A DNA stretch of 64,000 nucleotides, from contig CBDBLO010000002.1 in the NCBI GenBank assembly GCA_965207075.1, forward strand, positions 352,001 to 416,000, in the 5' to 3' direction. Within the stretch, counting starts at the first letter, position 1. The number at the start of each line of letters is the position of its first letter. Both the position numbers and the translations under genes were made by a program. The stretch comes from Nitrosopumilus sp. Its GTDB lineage: Archaea; Thermoproteota; Nitrososphaeria; Nitrososphaerales; Nitrosopumilaceae. Below, in pieces: positions 39,745-49,669 of this stretch. The notes beneath the pieces were generated by a model, which was not told the DNA's origin, did not search any database, and worked only from the letters and a program-made list of their open reading frames with translations.

Positions 39745-41874
39745 ATGGAGTTAAAAAAAACAGTTACGCCGTCCCGGCCCGTGAAAAAAAACCACACCAA
39801 GGCCACTGAAAAACGCATGAGCTCCATATTCCGGTCCATGTCCAACATAAGCCGGCTCGAAATACTAAAGGTGCTGTACTCGAAGGGATCTACCTCGTAC
39901 ACCGACCTAAAGGCCCTCGCGGGGTTTGGATCCAAAAAGGAGAGCGGCAAGTTTGCATACCATTTGCGCGACTTGACGGCCCTGGCGCTCGTAGAGCGCA
40001 ACAAGTCCGAGCGCCGTTACAACATTACAAACCAGGGCAAGCTCGTGCTGGAGCTTGCCGGAAAGATAGAGGAGAACGCGTTCATGGAGAGCGGAAAACT
40101 GCAGGTGCGCTCGTCGTCCGCGTCCATTGACGAGTTCAAAAAGCACCGCATCGTCCAGTCGCTGGTCAAGGAGGGGAACATGCCCCATGAGCTGGCGGAG
40201 AAGATAACAAAAGAGGTGGAGAACAAGATCCACAAGTACGAGATATCGTACATCACGGGCTCTCTGATCAGGGACATGGTGAACTCCGTCTTGTTGGAGA
40301 CAAACAACGAAGAGTACCGCAACAAGCTGGTCCGCCTCGGCATGCCGCTGCACGACGTGCAGCAGATGCTGTATAATCTGGACGAGGTGGACGGCGGCAT
40401 GGAGAGCCTGATCAGCAGGGCCGGCCGCAACGTCTTCGTTGAGAATACCATGTTCGGCTCGCTGCAGAAGGACGTCGCCGACAGGCACATGGCAGGCACC
40501 ATCCACATATCAAATGTCGGCACGTGGTTTGCCCTGCCCGACGTGATATTTGTCAACATAAAGGATCTTCTTGACGGCGGCATGAACATCGGTGGCAAGC
40601 ACGCGTCGGCATCCCGCATTCAGAGGTTCGGCGGGCCGTCAGATGCAATGGCCTCCGTATGCATCATGCTGCACCTGCTATCCAGGGAGGCGTCCGAGGA
40701 GGTCGTCGTGTCGGGCCTGCCCCGGCTGCTTGCAAAGAGGTGCCCCGATGCAGGCGATGCCGAGATGGAGGCGGGACTGCTGTGGATGTTTGCCGTCTCC
40801 TCCGTCGTGCCCGCCCACACCAAGGAGGGTGGCAACATCACGTCCATACGGCTCAACATGGGGCACGACGACGCCCGGCTGGTAGACTGCATCATAAACG
40901 CCTACTCTAGGTACGTGAGGCTGACTCCCAGGCCCCGCATAGGGCTCATCATAGGCTATGACAAGGGCAGCATAGAGTCCGTCTCCAGCCGCCTGGCCGA
41001 CATCGTAATCGCCGGAGGGCGCGTACTGCTCACAAAGTCGCAGCAGGTCTCAAGCAGGGGCGTCTCAGGCGGCAGCCTCAACAAGACCGACTCCAAGATG
41101 TCGATGGCGCTCCAGTCGGTGTCCGTCAATCTGGCGGGACTGGCCTACGAGGTGGGCAGGGGCGACGCCGAGTACTTTATGGCCAGGCTGGTGCTGCTAC
41201 TAAAGCCCGTGGTGGACGCCATAATAACGCGCAAAAAGGAGCTGTTTGAGAACACGCGCCGCGGCCTCAACCCGCTCATTGCAAGAAACACGCAGTACAT
41301 GCAGTACGGCTATGCGTCGCTTACCATAAACCTGGTGGGCCTCCGCGAGGCGGTCTTTGAAGGCCTGGGGTTCGAGTACAACCGCAAGGGCAGGGAGACA
41401 GTCCAGAAGATAATCACGCATGCAGTTGATGCCGGAGCAAACGGGGCAAGGGAGGCCGGCGAGCGGGTGACCATATGCATCGCGGACGCGCCGGAGGCCG
41501 GCGAGCGCTTTGCCAGGCTCGACGGCAAAAAGTACGGCAAGCATGTCACGGGCCCGGGCCAGACGAGGCCCTACACGCAAGGGCTGGTGTTTGAGGTATC
41601 CGACATTGAAAAGTACACGAACAAGAGCCCCCCCATTACGCTGTCCAACAGGATGAGCCGCTCCCTCAACGCGGGACTCCAGGTCGTGCTGCGCATACCG
41701 GAGACGGAGACTAATCCCGACGTGGTACGGGAGGCGATCGAGAAGATGGCCACCCTGGTTCCGACGTTCTCCCCCTCAAAGGAGGTTATCGTGTGCGCCG
41801 AGTGCGGCTTCAAGGACAGGCCGTTTGACTCGAAGTGCCCCAAGTGCCAGACGCCGCGCCGCGTCCCGGTCTGA
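39745..41874 (+). CDS. ArsR-type HTH + ATP-cone + degenerate class III ribonucleotide reductase (NrdD-like) domain; probably non-catalytic
   Basis: SRLEILKVL..KFAYHLRDL; EFKKHRIVQSL ATP-cone; HMAGTIHI, SVNL, LVGLREA, RFARLD; CxxC..CPKC; no glycyl-radical loop. Confidence 0.8.
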   Translation: MELKKTVTPSRPVKKNHTKATEKRMSSIFRSMSNISRLEILKVLYSKGSTSYTDLKALAGFGSKKESGKFAYHLRDLTALALVERNKSERRYNITNQGKLVLELAGKIEENAFMESGKLQVRSSSASIDEFKKHRIVQSLVKEGNMPHELAEKITKEVENKIHKYEISYITGSLIRDMVNSVLLETNNEEYRNKLVRLGMPLHDVQQMLYNLDEVDGGMESLISRAGRNVFVENTMFGSLQKDVADRHMAGTIHISNVGTWFALPDVIFVNIKDLLDGGMNIGGKHASASRIQRFGGPSDAMASVCIMLHLLSREASEEVVVSGLPRLLAKRCPDAGDAEMEAGLLWMFAVSSVVPAHTKEGGNITSIRLNMGHDDARLVDCIINAYSRYVRLTPRPRIGLIIGYDKGSIESVSSRLADIVIAGGRVLLTKSQQVSSRGVSGGSLNKTDSKMSMALQSVSVNLAGLAYEVGRGDAEYFMARLVLLLKPVVDAIITRKKELFENTRRGLNPLIARNTQYMQYGYASLTINLVGLREAVFEGLGFEYNRKGRETVQKIITHAVDAGANGAREAGERVTICIADAPEAGERFARLDGKKYGKHVTGPGQTRPYTQGLVFEVSDIEKYTNKSPPITLSNRMSRSLNAGLQVVLRIPETETNPDVVREAIEKMATLVPTFSPSKEVIVCAECGFKDRPFDSKCPKCQTPRRVPV

Positions 41875-42168
41875 CGCCTCTCGGTATGCCGCCGCCCGAT
41901 CTCCCGTACACGCCATGGTCCATCCTGCCTGAAAAACGGCCGGCCGGCCAATATGCAGTGCCGCTTGCGTGCCGTGTTGCGATTATCGCAACACGCGGTC
42001 CGGCCTGCCCGATCCTGCCCGGGTTTGTTATATACAAACAGCCCCCTGTCCCTGCAATAATGTATCCATATTATGATATTCGCAGTCCGGCATGGCGCGA
42101 TCCGCGGTTGGCGCGATATTTTTGGCCAAACATTGTGGGGATTTTTGCCTAGACAATTAATATAGCAT

Positions 42169-44892
42169 ATGTTTTCAACCCTTTCGGGGAGTAGCAGTTT
42201 GGATAATTCACAAGTGGGTACCGGTATCAGTGTCATACGCAAGCGCAACGGGGAGATCACGGACTTTGACCAGAACAAGATCGCGAACGCCATATACATG
42301 GCGCTCGCCGCGACCTCGAAGCCGGACCGCGATCTTGCCGCCGCCCTGTCCGGGCACGTCGTCACAAAGCTGGCAGAGCAGGGCTTTACCAACGCCATGC
42401 CGCCCTCCGTGGAGGACATCCAGGACATGGTCGAGTCGACCCTGATCGACAAGGGATACAGCGAGATCGCAAAGGCGTACATCGTGTACCGGCACGAGAG
42501 GCGCAAGGTGCGCAACGAGAAGATGAAGGTGCTGAACCTAAAGACCCTTGATCCCGTCTCAAAGGATTTCGACATCAGCTGCCTGAGGGTGCTGGCGTCG
42601 CGCTATCTGTTTCGCAACAACAAAAACGAGATTGTCGAGACGCCCACGCAGATGTTCGAGCGGGTGGCCATCCTGGTCGGGCTCGGGGACATGCTGTATG
42701 ACTCGGAGCTGTTTGACAGGGCGGGCAGCTCGCACCAGGACGTGGCAGAGGCCGAGTCGTACCTGGACAAGCTGGACGCCTTTGACTGCAAGTTCAGGAT
42801 CGGGCAGTTCCATCTCAACAGGTGGCACTTTCGGGCTCTCATAAACCACTACGTGCACCTGGCAAGGAAGAACCAGATGAAGGCCAGCTTCAAGGAGCTG
42901 CTGACTATGCTGGCCGGCAAGAGGCTTGACGCGTACGCGGACAAGATCCAAGAGTACTACAACCTGATGGTGTCGCAGGACTTTCTGCCAAACTCGCCCA
43001 CCATGATGAACGCCGGCGGCCGGCTCGGGCAGCTGTCGGCGTGCTTTGTCCTTGGGATGGACGACGACATGGAGAACATAATGAAGTCGACGTCGGACGC
43101 CGCCATGATATTCAAGTCCGGCGGGGGCGTGGGCATAAACTACTCGGACCTGCGCCAGGAGGGCGACATAGTGGCGTCCACGTCCGGCGTGGCGTCCGGC
43201 CCCGTGTCCTTTATGAACATAATAAACACAGTAACGGAGGTGGTAAAGCAGGGCGGCAAGCGCCGCGGGGCCAACATGGGCATAATGGAGGTGTGGCATC
43301 CGGACATTGAGAAGTTCATCACAAACAAGACCGAGCCCGGCGTGCTGGAGAACTTCAACGTGTCAGTCGGGATATGGGAGGACTTTTGGGAGGCGCTGGT
43401 GAACGACTCGGAGGAGGGCGGGGCCGGCGGCGCCTACATGCTGCGCAGCCCCAAGACCAAAAAGCCCGTAAAGGAGGTGAGGGCGCACAACCTCATAGAT
43501 ATGATAGCCATGTCGGCGTGGAGGAGCGCCGAGCCGGGGCTGATATTCTTTGACCAGATAAACAAGTACAACGTGTTTGCAAAGGCGCGACAGGGGCCCC
43601 TGCGGGCGACGAACCCGTGCGGCGAGCAGAGCCTGTACCCGTACGAGTCGTGCAACTTGGGATCAATAAACCTGGCCAACCTGGTCAAAAAGCAGGCCGA
43701 CGGCTCGTACGAGTTTGACTGGCAGCGGTACGAGGAGGTGATCCGGAAGACCACCCGCTTCCTTGACAACGTGATTGACGTGAACCTGTATCCGGTGCCC
43801 GAGATCGACGAGGCCTCCAAGGAGTCTAGGCGCATCGGGCTCGGCGTGATGGGCGTGGCCGACCTGCTTTACAAGCTGCGCATACCGTACAACTCGCAGG
43901 AGGGATACGAGATGCAGTCTAGGCTGTCGGAGGCCCTCACGTACTATTCGATGGACGAGAGCGTGGCGCTTGCAAGGTCAAGGGGCGAGTTCCCGCTCTG
44001 CTCAAAGTCCGAGTATCCGGAGGGCCGGATACCCGTCGCCGCATATTATGAGATGCCCACGGGCCGTCACTCCTGCGAGTGGGACGCGCTCGTATCGAAC
44101 ATCAGGCAGTACGGCATACGCAACGTGCTGACCACCACGGTGGCTCCCACCGGCACGCTGTCGATGATTGCAAACTGCTCAAACGGCATGGAGCCCGCGT
44201 TCGCGCTGGTCTTTGAGAAGCGGGTGACGGTGGGCAAGTTCTTTTACACCAACGAGATTGTAAAGCGGGCCCTCATGGAGGAAGGGCTGTACTCTGACGA
44301 GATTATCGAGAAGATTGCCGACAATTACGGGTCGCTGCGCGGAATTCCGGAAATTCCACAGTGGATGCAGGACGTGTTTGTCACGGCGATGGACATACAC
44401 TGGGCCGACCACCTGATGGCTCAGTCCGTGTGGCAGAACTGGATCGGCAACGCGATCGCAAAGACGATAAACATGCCGTACGACGTCACCGCCGATGACG
44501 TAAAGGCCGCCTACCTGCTTGCGCACGAGATGGGACTCAAGGGAATCACCGTGTACAGGGACGGCTCGAGGCAAAAACAGGTGCTGCACATGACAAGCGA
44601 GAATGCGGAAAAGACCTTTGAGGTGAGGCCGAGTCGGTGGGTGATGGACTTTGTGCGCTCCAGTATAACCAACCGGTACATATCGGGACAGATCGACGCA
44701 GCGCTCGCGATAAAGCCACACGACCAGGAGATCGTCGCGTCTGGATCCGACCAAGACTCCGCCCAGCAGGCGCCCGGACACGGGGACATACCCGAGGAGC
44801 GGCTCTGTCCAACTTGCAAGAACGGGCTCGTGTTTGTAGAGGGGTGCTGCATCTGCATAGAATGCGGGTACAGCGGCTGCACGTCGGGTTGA
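42169..44892 (+). CDS. nrdJ: Class II (B12-dependent) ribonucleotide reductase with N-terminal ATP-cone
   Basis: VIRKRNG, PNSPT, LSACFV, KRRGANM, TNPCGEQ, APTGT, GITVYRDGSR; C-terminal Cys cluster. Confidence 0.95.
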   Translation: MFSTLSGSSSLDNSQVGTGISVIRKRNGEITDFDQNKIANAIYMALAATSKPDRDLAAALSGHVVTKLAEQGFTNAMPPSVEDIQDMVESTLIDKGYSEIAKAYIVYRHERRKVRNEKMKVLNLKTLDPVSKDFDISCLRVLASRYLFRNNKNEIVETPTQMFERVAILVGLGDMLYDSELFDRAGSSHQDVAEAESYLDKLDAFDCKFRIGQFHLNRWHFRALINHYVHLARKNQMKASFKELLTMLAGKRLDAYADKIQEYYNLMVSQDFLPNSPTMMNAGGRLGQLSACFVLGMDDDMENIMKSTSDAAMIFKSGGGVGINYSDLRQEGDIVASTSGVASGPVSFMNIINTVTEVVKQGGKRRGANMGIMEVWHPDIEKFITNKTEPGVLENFNVSVGIWEDFWEALVNDSEEGGAGGAYMLRSPKTKKPVKEVRAHNLIDMIAMSAWRSAEPGLIFFDQINKYNVFAKARQGPLRATNPCGEQSLYPYESCNLGSINLANLVKKQADGSYEFDWQRYEEVIRKTTRFLDNVIDVNLYPVPEIDEASKESRRIGLGVMGVADLLYKLRIPYNSQEGYEMQSRLSEALTYYSMDESVALARSRGEFPLCSKSEYPEGRIPVAAYYEMPTGRHSCEWDALVSNIRQYGIRNVLTTTVAPTGTLSMIANCSNGMEPAFALVFEKRVTVGKFFYTNEIVKRALMEEGLYSDEIIEKIADNYGSLRGIPEIPQWMQDVFVTAMDIHWADHLMAQSVWQNWIGNAIAKTINMPYDVTADDVKAAYLLAHEMGLKGITVYRDGSRQKQVLHMTSENAEKTFEVRPSRWVMDFVRSSITNRYISGQIDAALAIKPHDQEIVASGSDQDSAQQAPGHGDIPEERLCPTCKNGLVFVEGCCICIECGYSGCTSG

Positions 44893-45019
44893 ACACATAC
44901 GTCTGGCCGCCGCGGCTGCCGCAAGCGGCAGGAACATTTTCACTAGAGGCCGCCGCGGCTGCCGCCGGCATGCCGAGCGGCAACGGCGCTGCCTGCGCCG
45001 TTGCACGGGGGACGGCCGC

Positions 45020-45835
45020 ATGATATCGCTGGTTATTGCAGAATCGGCCTTGGAGATGGTGCCCCCTGACCTGTACGGGCACCCGGCAGTCAGGGCGCAT
45101 GCGCGCCGAACGCGCGGCGGGAAACGCCAGCACATGCTGCTTGACAACTCCTGGCACTATGCCGCCATGAAAGACATGCCGGATGCTGCAAGACGCGGCA
45201 GGCCCGACCTAGTGCATCTGGCGCTGGTTACGGCTACGTCGGCTCCCCTGTACCGACTGCGCCGCGCCCTCGAGGTGTACGTGCATACCGCGGATGGCTG
45301 CATGATCAGCCTAGGTCCGGGCGTGCGCATTCCAAAGTCATACCACAGGTTTGCCGGATTGGTCGAGACTCTGTATGAGACCGGCGTGATAGAGGCGACG
45401 ACTCGCGATAGTCATGCCAGCGGCGGTTCCAAAGACGCGAGTTGCCGTACCGACTGTGATGGTGACGATGACGACAGCAACGACACTGTGCATCACAGCG
45501 GCAAAGACGGAGCACCTGCACGGGAGGAGACCGTGCTGATGCGTCTTGAGCACAATCGCACCTTTGCCGATCTGGTGCGCGCCAAAAAGTTCTCAAAAGT
45601 GGTGGGGCTCTCCTCCCTCGGGACGCTTCCCGACTCGCCCCGCCCCTACGAGTACGTGGCGCAGAGCGTCCCGGACGCCGCCGCCATCGTGATAGGCGGT
45701 TTCCAAAAGGGGCATTTCTCAGACGGGGTAAGCGGGCACCTTGACGAGGTGTATGCAGTCGACACGTCGCCGCTAGAGGCCCATGTGGTGATCGCGCGCA
45801 TCCTGTACGAGTATGAAAAAAAGCCATTTATGTAA
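45020..45835 (+). CDS. nep1: 16S rRNA pseudouridine methyltransferase Nep1/Emg1
   Basis: RRGRPDLVH, RIPKSYHRFAGL and IGGFQKGHF motifs. Confidence 0.92.
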   Translation: MISLVIAESALEMVPPDLYGHPAVRAHARRTRGGKRQHMLLDNSWHYAAMKDMPDAARRGRPDLVHLALVTATSAPLYRLRRALEVYVHTADGCMISLGPGVRIPKSYHRFAGLVETLYETGVIEATTRDSHASGGSKDASCRTDCDGDDDDSNDTVHHSGKDGAPAREETVLMRLEHNRTFADLVRAKKFSKVVGLSSLGTLPDSPRPYEYVAQSVPDAAAIVIGGFQKGHFSDGVSGHLDEVYAVDTSPLEAHVVIARILYEYEKKPFM

Positions 45836-45857
45836 GACGACTGCCTGCCTGCATGTC

Positions 45858-45934
45858 GCAGTCATCGTATAGCCTGGTTAGTATTCGGGGTTTCCAACCC
45901 CGTAACGCGGGTTCGAATCCCGCTGACTGCACCA
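45858..45934 (+). tRNA. tRNA-Gly(TCC), CCA encoded
   Basis: Acceptor GCAGTCA/TGACTGC; anticodon arm CGGGG-TTTCCAA-CCCCG; T-loop GGTTCGAATCC. Confidence 0.96.
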
Positions 45935-46160
45935 CTTGTAGATCCCAATGCCTCGTTTCCACGCTGGCATCCGATGGCATGCAGATTGGGAGTAACTTGC
46001 GTCCTGCCTGCCTGATGGCCTGCTTGGACATCTCCCATGACGACCCTGAATTACAGACGCCCTGTGCCTGTAGCGGGTCGGCTGCAGTGCGGCACCATGC
46101 GCCGGAGGGTTCGGCCACTGCAGGCGCAAAGAATTTTTTGCGGCCGTACTTTGCACCGTC

Positions 46161-46490
46161 ATGGGCCGGAAAAACACGGTGCGCCGCAGGGCAGTCGTAT
46201 TGGAGCGCATGGAGATACTGATGGCAAGCGCCTCGTCAATAGCCGGCACTAACCCCGCCCTTGCATACAGGCAGGCGTCGGTCGCGCGCAGGCTGTGCTC
46301 GAGGCACCGCGTCCGCATGCCGTATCATCTCCGCATGATGTTCTGCCGCAGATGCAAGTCGCTTATCGTGCCCGGTGTCTCGTCGCGCGTAAGGATAGGG
46401 GGCTCTAACATTCGCTCCATAAGGACGACGTGCGGCTTCTGCGGGTTTGTATACCGCAAGATGCTGCCGTCCCCGCCGTCGTCATCCTGA
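46161..46490 (+). CDS. rnp4: RNase P protein subunit Rpp21
   Basis: ERMEIL, FCRRCKSLIVPG..RVRI..TCGFCG. Confidence 0.9.
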   Translation: MGRKNTVRRRAVVLERMEILMASASSIAGTNPALAYRQASVARRLCSRHRVRMPYHLRMMFCRRCKSLIVPGVSSRVRIGGSNIRSIRTTCGFCGFVYRKMLPSPPSSS

Positions 46491-46597
46491 CCCAGCCGCA
46501 GTCGCGCGGAAATGCCCCTCCACCACGTCCCGCCCGTGGTCCGGCCGGGCATGCTGGCTTCAAGGGTTTATAAAACGACACCCAAGCTTTCTTCAAC

Positions 46598-47050
46598 ATG
46601 GCCAAGGTGTACGACGTGCCCGCCGACGTGTTGGTTGAGAGGCTCACTGAGATACTCCGAAAGGAGGGCGTCGAGGCGCCCGCATGGGTTCCGTTCGTAA
46701 AGACAGGCGCGCATGCCGACAAGCCCCCGCAGAACCGAGATTGGTGGCACGTCAGGTGCGCGTCCATACTGCGCAAGGTATACCTTCACGGCCCCATAGG
46801 GATTAACGGACTGCGTAGCGAGTACGGGGGAGGCAAGCCGTCCGGATACGGCGCGGCACATCACCGCTATGCAGGAGGTGCGATTATACGAAACGCGGTA
46901 CACGAGCTTGAAAAGCTTGGATACGTCCAAAAGTCGGGACGGCACGGCAGGGTTGTGTCAAAGACCGGCATGAAGAAGCTTGACGTGCTTGCAACGGAGA
47001 TACTGCACGAAATGTCGAAACAGGCGCCTCATCTAAAGATATATGCCTAG
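46598..47050 (+). CDS. rps19e: 30S ribosomal protein S19e
   Basis: [30 protein letters not shown]. Confidence 0.97.
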   Translation: MAKVYDVPADVLVERLTEILRKEGVEAPAWVPFVKTGAHADKPPQNRDWWHVRCASILRKVYLHGPIGINGLRSEYGGGKPSGYGAAHHRYAGGAIIRNAVHELEKLGYVQKSGRHGRVVSKTGMKKLDVLATEILHEMSKQAPHLKIYA

Positions 47051-47070
47051 ATCATGCCAGCGGATCTGAA

Positions 47071-47397
47071 ATGGGCTTTAGGGAACCTGACGAATTTGGC
47101 GGTGGGAATCCAAGCGGCAGCGCCGATGACAGCCGGGGCGCCGGCGCACCCGATGCCGGGGCCGAAATTGCAGCGCAGAAGGAGCAGCTGCTCAGGCAGA
47201 TACTGATGCCCGAGGCCAGGATGAGGCTCAACAACATCAGGATGGTAAAGCCGGAGCTTGCAGGCATGGTGGAGCAGCAGCTCATCGCCCTGGCCACCCA
47301 GGGACGCATACAGTCCAGACTCACCGACGAGCAGCTCCGGCAGATGCTCTCGTCAATACAGCAGCCCCGGCGTGATTTCAAGATAAACCGGATCTGA
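47071..47397 (+). CDS. PDCD5-family DNA-binding protein
   Basis: [30 protein letters not shown]; follows rps19e. Confidence 0.93.
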   Translation: MGFREPDEFGGGNPSGSADDSRGAGAPDAGAEIAAQKEQLLRQILMPEARMRLNNIRMVKPELAGMVEQQLIALATQGRIQSRLTDEQLRQMLSSIQQPRRDFKINRI

Positions 47398-47734
47398 CAT
47401 ACCCGTCTCCACCGCCGTTTTGCATGCGTGTTGAGTACGGATCCGGCCCCCGCCCGTGGGATCCGGGGATCAGGCCGCCATGGATGAGTTCTCAGGAGGC
47501 TGATCCACGCCATTGTACATGCCCGGGTTTGATGCCGCATGCGCAAAAGCCCGAGATCCGGCAGTTCTGGACATAGCCGCAGCCGGCCCGTGCATTCGTG
47601 TTAATAGTGCGGGCTCTGGCCCATTGAAAGGCATGCCTGCCGTCCTGCATCCTCGGATTCCGCAGGCAGGAGGCCCTCTAGTATGATATTAATATTTATG
47701 AATATTTATATTCAAACCTCTTGGCCCCCTGTAT

Positions 47735-49306
47735 ATGGGAATCTTTGAGCAGCGCACCAAAGTTCTCCAGATATCACTCATATCGATATTCTCGGCGTTC
47801 GTAGTCGAGCTCGTATTCGGGATAATCTCAAACAGCCTGGCCCTGATTACAGACAGCATCCACGCGCTCATGGACTCAGCCACCACCATAATCCTGCTGA
47901 TCGCCGCCCGGATCGCAATGAGGCCCGCCAACGTAGGGCACACATACGGGTACGGCAAGATGGAGCCGCTGGGCGGCTTTGTGGGCGGCATAGCGATACT
48001 GCTGCTTGCCTGCTTTTTCATATACGAGTCGGCCATACATCTGACAGGCCCCGCACCGGATGTACTGCCGAGCCTGATAGGGCTTGTCGGGGGACTGTAC
48101 ACGATCGGCATCGACTTTTTACGCATTGCGATACTGAGAAAGGCACTGCGGGGACTTGGGGGGCACACCCTGAGGGCCGACCTGTACCACGCCTTTATGG
48201 ATGCGGGTTCCACCATGGTGGCCATAATAGGAATCGTCTTGGCGTCCCTTGGTTTCTACCATATGGACTTTGTGGCGGCTCTCGTATTGGGCGTGTTGCT
48301 GGTGATAATCAGTGTGAAACTGATACACAAGACTGCGCTCGACCTGACGGACGCCATACCTCCAAAGCTCGTGTCGGACATCACGGAGATCGTGTTGGCA
48401 GTTCCGGGCGTGCTCCGGGTGGGCTATGTGTTCTTGCGCCGCTCAGGCGACACGCTGTTTGCCGACGTGCTTATCTCTGTGCGCGGCGACGCCAACTTTG
48501 ACTCGGTCTCCAGAATCAATCGCAGCGTTGAGACTGCAATAAAGGACCACGTTGTTGACAAGCCTGAGGACAGCGAGCACGACCATGAGCACGACCATGA
48601 GCACGACCATGAGCACGACCATGAGCACGACCATGAGCACGACCATGAGCACGACCATGAGCACGAGCACGACCATGGCCATGGCCACGACCATGAGCAC
48701 GAGCACAAGCACGGCATCCTGAGCTTTTTCGTGCACGACCATGATCACGGGAACGACCACATCAAGGACGCCCAGATAACAATACATGTCGAGCCCGACT
48801 GGGAGAACGTTCCCATTGACAACAGGCTCGTCGATATTGCAAACACGGTCGAGGGGGTAAAGGCAGCGCACAGCCCAAGCACGCACAAGATGGGCAAGAG
48901 TCTCTATGCGGACCTGCACGTCATGATAGACGGGAACCTAAAACTGAGAAACAGCTACAAGATCTCAAGGGCGATCAAGAAAAAGATCTCCGAGGAACTG
49001 CCGAGCGTCAAGGACGTGACGGCCAGACTCGAACCATTTGAGGAAGGCAAGTCTGACGATGCCGGGGAAAAGTCCATGGATGAGGAGGATCTAATCAGGG
49101 ACATCCTATTCCGTCACGATGCTGTCAAGGGCGTCGGCCGTATACTGTCCCTAAAGTTTGGCAACGTCTCAAAGATTGACATCGAATGCTCCTTTGACGG
49201 CAAGCTTACCATCGCAGAGTCGCACGATCTTCTCATCGACATAGAACACTCCGTTAGGAAGAAGATCAAGAACGCCATCGTGACCATACATCCGATTCCG
49301 GACTAG
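47735..49306 (+). CDS. Cation diffusion facilitator with His-rich insert and three C-terminal dimerisation-type domains
   Basis: SLALITDSIHALMD, HTYGYGKME, LRADLYHAFMD; ITIHVEP, VTARLEP and VTIHPIP domain ends. Confidence 0.92.
   Translation: MGIFEQRTKVLQISLISIFSAFVVELVFGIISNSLALITDSIHALMDSATTIILLIAARIAMRPANVGHTYGYGKMEPLGGFVGGIAILLLACFFIYESAIHLTGPAPDVLPSLIGLVGGLYTIGIDFLRIAILRKALRGLGGHTLRADLYHAFMDAGSTMVAIIGIVLASLGFYHMDFVAALVLGVLLVIISVKLIHKTALDLTDAIPPKLVSDITEIVLAVPGVLRVGYVFLRRSGDTLFADVLISVRGDANFDSVSRINRSVETAIKDHVVDKPEDSEHDHEHDHEHDHEHDHEHDHEHDHEHDHEHEHDHGHGHDHEHEHKHGILSFFVHDHDHGNDHIKDAQITIHVEPDWENVPIDNRLVDIANTVEGVKAAHSPSTHKMGKSLYADLHVMIDGNLKLRNSYKISRAIKKKISEELPSVKDVTARLEPFEEGKSDDAGEKSMDEEDLIRDILFRHDAVKGVGRILSLKFGNVSKIDIECSFDGKLTIAESHDLLIDIEHSVRKKIKNAIVTIHPIPD
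48575..48712 (+). repeat. 12-bp repeat x7 (EHDH) plus degenerate His dipeptides
   Basis: GAGCACGACCAT units. Confidence 0.93.
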
Positions 49307-49669
49307 ACTGCTGGCGTGGGGGCCCGTCCAATGGGCAACGTCAAGACGGCATGCGGCAGCAGGGTGCTCGTCTGGCACGCAGTCGGCCGCATCTATGAAA
49401 GGTGCTTGGCCGGCACACCTGCAGGATCAGATCACAATCCTTCCTTTTCCATCCTCTCTGCACCATGCGTATGGCAGGCTCAGAGGTAAGGATCCTACGC
49501 AGGGATCTCGGGGCTGAGTCGGATGAGAGTCATGGGGCATCAGGTGTAGGACTGCAACGGGCGACTAAGGAGTTCAGGGAAAATGGCGGGAACGCTCAGG
49601 CCACAACTCGCATGCGTGGCCCGTGCTCGACAGATAAACTATATTTATGGGATTTTTGCCGGTGTCGTT

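Noticed and set aside
39745-41874. Functional anaerobic RNR (nrdD)
   Set aside because: No glycyl-radical motif or catalytic cysteines, and no activase nearby.
42169-44892. Intein in the RNR
   Set aside because: No splice-junction (C..HN) or LAGLIDADG motifs; catalytic motifs are contiguous.
45858-46160. Integrated element at tRNA-Gly
   Set aside because: No integrase and no duplicated tRNA 3' end seen; the flanks are housekeeping genes.
49307-49620. Possible ncRNA or small gene in long spacers (also 11058-11380, 41875-42168, 47398-47690)
   Set aside because: No recognisable RNA family or convincing ORF by eye; would need an Infernal/Rfam search or RNA-seq.
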